DNA of 50,401 nucleotides from Patescibacteria group bacterium. GTDB lineage: Bacteria; Patescibacteriota; Patescibacteriia; 2-01-FULL-39-33. Where the stretch lies: contig JBAZBX010000004.1 of NCBI GenBank assembly GCA_041671305.1, forward strand, positions 1 through 50,401, given 5' to 3'. This document shows positions 46,278-50,401 of the stretch, piece after piece. Within the stretch, counting starts at the first letter, position 1; each line of letters opens with the position of its first letter. The notes beneath the pieces were generated by a model. It worked only from the letters and a program-made list of their open reading frames with translations, did no database searches and had not been told where the DNA came from. A program made the translations under genes and the position numbers.

Positions 46278-46365
46278 GTCATCCCGAGAGAGGCTGTAAT
46301 CAGACGACCGTGGGGATCCCGCGGGATTGCCACGCTACGCCGATTACAGCTACGCTCGCAATGAC
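46278..46365 (-). repeat. GC-rich palindromic repeat, copy B (inverse orientation of copy A)
   Basis: The reverse complement reads GTCATTGCGAGCGTAGCTGTAATCGGCGTAGCGTGGCAATCCCGCGGGATCCCCACGGTCGTCTGATTACAGCCTCTCTCGGGATGAC. Lies between the helicase stop and its terminator. Confidence 0.85.
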
Positions 46366-46368
46366 AAT

Positions 46369-46398
46369 AAAAAAACTGGTCATTCATGGCCAGTTTTT
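46369..46398 (+). terminator. Rho-independent terminator after the helicase
   Basis: AAAACTGG (46372-79) / CCAGTTTT (46390-97). Confidence 0.7.
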
Positions 46399-46415
46399 GG
46401 TTGTGGATAATTTTA

Positions 46416-46443
46416 TTGCTAAATTGGTTATTTCTGTTATAAT
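46416..46443 (+). promoter_or_regulatory. Sigma-70-like promoter for the GC-rich island transcript
   Basis: TTGCTA (46416-21), 16-nt spacer ending TGT, TATAAT (46438-43). Same architecture as the tuf and aspS promoters. Confidence 0.55.
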
Positions 46444-46551
46444 TTTAGTAGATGCTAGTTTGTATATACTGGCTTCAGTTTCTGGGTTTCTGGTATAGGA
46501 TCTTGTCCATCATGTAGATGGCAAATCCGGAAAAACGAGGAGATTTTCATC

Positions 46552-46728
46552 ATGCACTGCACGACCACCACCATCTTCGCACATCATCCTCCCAGCACCA
46601 TCGGCACCACCATCGTTATCGCCGCGCAGAAATTTCCCGCGAAGCCCGCCCTTCAACGCGACGCCATTTCGGCCATGGAAGACACCGCCACCACGGACGA
46701 AGTCGCCGCGGGTTCCGTCTTCGCCTGA
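46552..46728 (+). CDS. 58-codon GC-rich ORF (MHCTTTTIFAHHPPSTIGTTIVIAAQKFPAKPALQRDAISAMEDTATTDEVAAGSVFA), unknown
   Basis: GAGGAG (46537-42) lies 9 nt before the ATG. Hand-counted codon-position GC is 32/58, 32/58 and 45/58 (third-position excess). The GC-rich stretch begins at the ATG. Below the ORF-track cutoff. Confidence 0.4.
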   Translation: MHCTTTTIFAHHPPSTIGTTIVIAAQKFPAKPALQRDAISAMEDTATTDEVAAGSVFA

Positions 46729-46874
46729 CCACGAAGGCTTTCTGTCAGGTATGACGTAACCCGGTTCCCAGCTCTTTTCTTTTGTCGCCTGCCTTTGAGG
46801 CGACACTATCCACACGACCATTCACCGAGATGATTAAGCCACTCCTCGAGTGGTAAAATCGTCTATCGTCCCTC

Positions 46875-46954
46875 GGGCGAAGTTGTTTCTCTACAGAAAA
46901 CCAATCCGTACCTGCCGGAATTCTGAAGAAAACAATCTCGCCCCTCTTTTTTTT
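46875..46954 (+). terminator. Long interrupted hairpin plus T8 run (terminator of the island transcript, or attenuator before the ABC gene)
   Basis: GGGCGAAGTTGTTTCTC...GAAGAAAACAATCTCGCCC outer stem with inner CAGAA/TTCTG and TCCG/CGGA pairs, then CTCTTTTTTTT (T-run 46947-54). Confidence 0.6.
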
Positions 46955-46991
46955 CTTCAAATTATTTTCAAAAAGTGTTACAATATAATTT

Positions 46992-48752
46992 ATGAAAGAT
47001 AACACCAAAAAAACTTTTGGATTCTACTTCCAGGCGATCAAGCGTCACAAGCTTTTGTATTTGGTTATTTTTATGGCTACTATGGGTGCCGTGTCCGCTG
47101 ATGTTATCGTTCCAATATATTTCAAAGATTTTTTTAATCAATTGGTTAGCGGATTAGACAAGGATTTGGTCGTAAAAAGTTTGGTTTCTTTGCTTATTAT
47201 TATTACCGTTGTTAAATTTGTACAATGGGTTTTTTGGAGGATAGCCGGCTTCAGCATGGATCATGCCATGTCCAAAACTATTGCCGAACTCTCCGATATT
47301 TGTTTTGCCTATTTACATAAGCATTCGTTTACTTTTTTTAGCAACAGCTTTGTTGGATCGCTAGTCAAGCGAGTCAAGTGGTTCACTGGCGCATTTGAAG
47401 TTATTTTTGATAATATCTTTTTCAGTCTGTTGCCTTTGGCTTTGTATGTTATCGCCGCTATGTTTGTTCTAGTAAGAGTTAATGTTTATTTGGCTTTGGC
47501 GATTTTTATTTGGACGATTATATTTTTAATTATTAATTGGTCTTTTACCAAGTATAAATTAAAATACGACATCATTCGCAACGAGATGGAAAGCAAATCC
47601 TCGGGCGTGATTGCGGATACTATTACCAACAACAATAACGTCAAATTATTCAACGGCTACCACAAAGAGATAAAAGATTTCGCCAAGGTAACTGATGATC
47701 TCAGACGTATCAGAAGATTTGCTTGGAATTTAGGCGATTTATTTGAGGCCATTCAGGGATTGCTCATGCTTATTTTGGAAATGGGAGTGTTTTTCTTGGC
47801 TGTCTATCTCTGGAGAAAAGGTCTAATTACTCTCGGAGATTTTGTGCTAATCCAGGCTTACGTCATAGATATATTTATGAGAGTTTGGAATTTTGGCAAA
47901 AATATCAGGAGAATTTATGAAAGTTTGTCTGATGCCGAGGAGATGACTCAGATCTTGGTCACTCCTCATGAGATTGTAGATATCCCCGGAGCCAAAAAAT
48001 TAAAAGTGACGACCGGAAAAATAGAATTTCAAAAGGTTTTGTTTAATTACAATGAAACCAGGAGCGTGCTCAAGAATTTCAACTTAGTCATTGCTCCGCA
48101 TCAGAGATTGGCTATTATCGGACCATCAGGGGCAGGCAAAACCACTATTGTAAAATTATTGTTTAGAATGCATGAAGTGACTGGCGGTAAGATTCTCCTT
48201 GATGGGCAGGATATTTCTCGGGTTACTCAGGAAAGCCTTTGGGCCAATATTTCTTTGGTACCGCAAGATCCGATTTTGTTCCACAGAACTTTGATGGAAA
48301 ATATCAGATATGGCCGATTTAATGCCACGGACAAGGAAGTGATAAGAGCGGCCAAGCTGGCGCATTGCCATGATTTCATCATGTCTTCGCCTGATGGCTA
48401 CAATACTTATGTGGGAGAAAGAGGCATTAAATTATCCGGCGGTGAAAGGCAAAGAGTGGCTATTGCTCGGGCTATTCTTCGTGATGCGCCCATTCTTGTC
48501 CTTGACGAGGCGACTTCCAGCCTTGATTCAGAGTCCGAGCATTTGATTCAGGATGCTCTAGAAAAATTAATGAAGCACAAAACTGTCATTGTGATTGCGC
48601 ATCGGCTTTCTACTATCAGGCAAATGGACAGAATTGTGGTAGTGGACAAGGGCGGAATCATTGAAGATGGAAGCCACGGCGATCTGACCAAGAAGAAAGA
48701 AGGTTTGTATCAGAGATTGTGGCAGTTCCAGGCTGGCGGATTTATCAAATAA
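46992..48752 (+). CDS. ABC transporter, fused permease/ATPase exporter (MsbA/ABCB-like)
   Basis: 6-TM N-terminal domain, Walker A GPSGAGKTT, signature LSGGERQR and Walker B ILVLDEATS. Confidence 0.93.
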   Translation: MKDNTKKTFGFYFQAIKRHKLLYLVIFMATMGAVSADVIVPIYFKDFFNQLVSGLDKDLVVKSLVSLLIIITVVKFVQWVFWRIAGFSMDHAMSKTIAELSDICFAYLHKHSFTFFSNSFVGSLVKRVKWFTGAFEVIFDNIFFSLLPLALYVIAAMFVLVRVNVYLALAIFIWTIIFLIINWSFTKYKLKYDIIRNEMESKSSGVIADTITNNNNVKLFNGYHKEIKDFAKVTDDLRRIRRFAWNLGDLFEAIQGLLMLILEMGVFFLAVYLWRKGLITLGDFVLIQAYVIDIFMRVWNFGKNIRRIYESLSDAEEMTQILVTPHEIVDIPGAKKLKVTTGKIEFQKVLFNYNETRSVLKNFNLVIAPHQRLAIIGPSGAGKTTIVKLLFRMHEVTGGKILLDGQDISRVTQESLWANISLVPQDPILFHRTLMENIRYGRFNATDKEVIRAAKLAHCHDFIMSSPDGYNTYVGERGIKLSGGERQRVAIARAILRDAPILVLDEATSSLDSESEHLIQDALEKLMKHKTVIVIAHRLSTIRQMDRIVVVDKGGIIEDGSHGDLTKKKEGLYQRLWQFQAGGFIK

Positions 48753-48768
48753 ATTTTTAAGAGTTAAA

Positions 48769-48800
48769 ACACCGCTCCAATGTTCTATGGGAGCGGTGTT
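48769..48800. terminator. Hairpin terminator between convergent genes
   Basis: ACACCGCTCC / GGAGCGGTGT 10-bp stem. Confidence 0.65.
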
Positions 48801-48820
48801 TATATTTAGATCAAAATTAA

Positions 48821-49207
48821 TTATTTGTTTTCTGCCTCGCAGGTTTTTACTGTAGTCTTGAGAGCTTTCTTGTTGGCTTTGATGGTTTTCAGGGCTAATT
48901 TTTTGGCTTCCTTGGTTCCAATCTTGGCTTTCTGCAAGAAATTTCTTTTGGTATCTCTGTCTGATATATTCTTGGTTTCTCGCAGGGCTTGTCTATAATT
49001 GTTGCTGGCCGCCTTAACCGATTCAACATAAAGCTTATTTTCATCTTTCAAGGCTTGTCTATAAATTTTTCGGCATTCAACCCAAGGTCTGGTGCTAGTG
49101 CTGGTTTTACTTTTGATCTGAGCATGGGTAATAAAGGCAATAATGGGGAAAACTAAAACCACGATAAAGATGGGAATTAATATTTTGGTTATTTTTGTTA
49201 ATTTCAT
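48821..49207 (-). CDS. Hypothetical membrane-anchored lysine-rich protein
   Basis: ATG at 49207 (MKLTKITKILIPIFIVVLVF...); the tracked 49228 start is a TTG. One TM helix, then a K/A-rich helical region. Confidence 0.6.
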   Translation of the reverse strand: MKLTKITKILIPIFIVVLVFPIIAFITHAQIKSKTSTSTRPWVECRKIYRQALKDENKLYVESVKAASNNYRQALRETKNISDRDTKRNFLQKAKIGTKEAKKLALKTIKANKKALKTTVKTCEAENK

Positions 49208-49344
49208 TTTATCTAAATTTATTAACAATAGTTAATGTTTAGTAATAATTGCATTATATCAAAAAATAGAGCGAAATGTCCACATTGGATAATAGTATTC
49301 TATCTGTTATAATTATAAATACTGACGAACTAAATATTTTTGAT

Positions 49345-50401
49345 ATGGCAAATAAATTATATACAAAAAAGATTTTAATATTGGCTATGGCGATTTTGCT
49401 TTTGTTGCCTAATATTTCTCTGGCTGCAACTGCTAAAGCCAAGGTAGCTTCCAAGACAACAAAGACTGTTGTGGCTAAGCCCAAAGTATTGACGGCCAAT
49501 GATTTGTTGGGAAGATTTTTAATTCAGAAACAAAGTTATAATAGGTTGTGGTATGTCAGTAAAACGGATAAGAAAAGATACTACATCAAAGATGACAGCG
49601 ATTTGAAATGGGTTATGGAAAATTTTGCTCAGAAATTAACCCAAGCGGAGTTAAATAAAATTCCTGTCAATGCCAAATCTAGAACCAAGGCCAATATGGC
49701 TGTGGCGCAGAAATATTATGGCGCTGTTGTTTATGCGTCGTCAACTTCGTCATCCGCAAAAGCTTCTTATTGGTATGTAAATCCCGGTGACAGTATAAGA
49801 TATGGCTTAAATAGTTATGCAGATGTTTATAATATGGCCAAAGTTATCGGGCTTACTGTTGATGACGCCACTTTGCGCAAAGTAGTGATGAATGACAAGC
49901 AATTGACCTTTGATGCCACTTTTAATTCTGTGGCTTATGTCAAATATGATGGCAGCCAATTTGTAAGTGGTTCCAACGCCAATACTATTTTGCCCATTGC
50001 TTCTTTGACCAAGCTGATGACGGCTTTGGTCTTAAATGATTTGGCTATAGATTGGACTAGGGAGGTGACCATTACAGAAGAAGAAATAAATTATCCCAAG
50101 ATAGTGGTTAATGGGGATGCGACTAGTGAAGTGCCTCTTGAAGCGGGAGATTCTGTCAGGATGAGTGATCTCTGGATAGCCATGCTTACAGCTTCGTCCA
50201 ACCAATCGGCCGTGATATTGGCGGATAATTCTGGGCTAAACAGAGAGGAATTCGTAGTGGCCATGAATAAAAAAGCGAAAGAATTGGGACTCAAGAAAAC
50301 TAAGTTTTATGAAATGACAGGACTTGATCCCAACAATGTAAGTACGCCTCAGGATATGGCTCTTATCGCTAATTCTGCTTTTGTCAAAGAGAAAATCGCT
50401 C
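49345..50401 (+). CDS. D-alanyl-D-alanine carboxypeptidase (S11) with N-terminal WYV-repeat region, 3' partial
   Basis: Hand-translated open frame to the window end: signal peptide, two (L/Y)WYV...RY(Y/G) repeats, then IASLTKLMTALV (SxxK) and SSNQSA (SxN). Not in the ORF track because no stop falls inside the window. Confidence 0.85.
   Translation, partial: MANKLYTKKILILAMAILLLLPNISLAATAKAKVASKTTKTVVAKPKVLTANDLLGRFLIQKQSYNRLWYVSKTDKKRYYIKDDSDLKWVMENFAQKLTQAELNKIPVNAKSRTKANMAVAQKYYGAVVYASSTSSSAKASYWYVNPGDSIRYGLNSYADVYNMAKVIGLTVDDATLRKVVMNDKQLTFDATFNSVAYVKYDGSQFVSGSNANTILPIASLTKLMTALVLNDLAIDWTREVTITEEEINYPKIVVNGDATSEVPLEAGDSVRMSDLWIAMLTASSNQSAVILADNSGLNREEFVVAMNKKAKELGLKKTKFYEMTGLDPNNVSTPQDMALIANSAFVKEKIA

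Noticed and set aside
46510-46821. 103-aa minus-strand ORF (Gly/Arg/Asp-rich) and the 78-aa plus-strand His/Arg-rich ORF (46518-46754) in the GC-rich island.
   Set aside because: The minus ORF is the exact antisense frame of the 58-codon ORF, so its first codon position carries the GC excess, and it lacks SD or promoter. The His/Arg-rich frame shows no third-position bias. Both are probably open only because GC-rich DNA is poor in stop codons.
46450-46960. Whether the GC-rich island is tmRNA, RNase P RNA or a cobalamin or other known riboswitch for the ABC gene.
   Set aside because: No tRNA-like acceptor/T-arm (GGTTCGAnTCC...CCA), no RNase P P4 motifs and no B12-box-like sequence were seen on either strand. 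It remains unclassified pending covariance-model searches.
14989-49228. Longest-ORF starts using TTG or GTG (adk 14989, recO 17591, tpiA 25532, TPR 27193, acetyltransferase 35150, 49228 minus).
   Set aside because: Each extension overlaps the upstream gene or a repeat element. In each case a downstream ATG with the usual A/T-rich context gives the canonical protein N-terminus.
1-50401. CRISPR arrays, transposases or integrases, prophage genes, and known defence or toxin-antitoxin gene pairs.
   Set aside because: No regularly spaced direct repeats and no ORFs with recognisable motifs of these classes were found on either strand.

Overview
AT-rich (roughly mid-30s % GC by eye), tightly packed bacterial window. 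Its gene content and streamlined proteins look like a Patescibacteria/CPR-type genome; that assignment is inference. The first third is the conserved translation cluster: fusA (5' partial), tuf, rpsJ, then rplC through rplO, secY, adk and map. No rpmD (L30) lies between rpsE and rplO, and the usual infA-rpmJ-rpsM-rpsK-rpsD-rpoA-rplQ continuation is missing. Housekeeping genes follow: csaA-like, ruvX, recO, aspS, scpAB, a DD-carboxypeptidase, tpiA and fba. Next come a tRNA-Thr/Tyr/Thr-rpmG-tRNA-Trp cluster, an ECF sigma module and yhhQ. A compositionally mosaic envelope-glycosylation locus holds GT2, GT4, a CapK-like ligase, an acetyltransferase, a flippase-like protein, two GT-C enzymes and an 808-aa internally duplicated exoprotein. 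The window ends with a peptidoglycan-binding protein, a DEAD-box helicase, an ABC exporter and a second (3' partial) DD-carboxypeptidase. No CRISPR array, transposase, reverse transcriptase or recognisable defence genes were seen. The unexplained signals are short GC-rich islands in the AT-rich background. (1) 46416-46954 is a self-contained unit with promoter, Shine-Dalgarno (SD) site, a 58-codon GC3-biased ORF, a structured tail and a terminator. (2) 15703-15969 is a promoter+SD+43-aa hydrophobic peptide cassette resembling a type I toxin. (3) About 30871-31050 is a roughly 180-nt multi-stem element just upstream of the queuosine-precursor transporter gene. (4) A family of GC-rich palindromic repeats sits in transcribed spacers, and one palindrome splits a duplicated tRNA-Thr 5' fragment. 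Also notable are an atypical tRNA-Trp, a bacterial-type AspRS lacking the GAD insertion, and almost universal SD-less start contexts.
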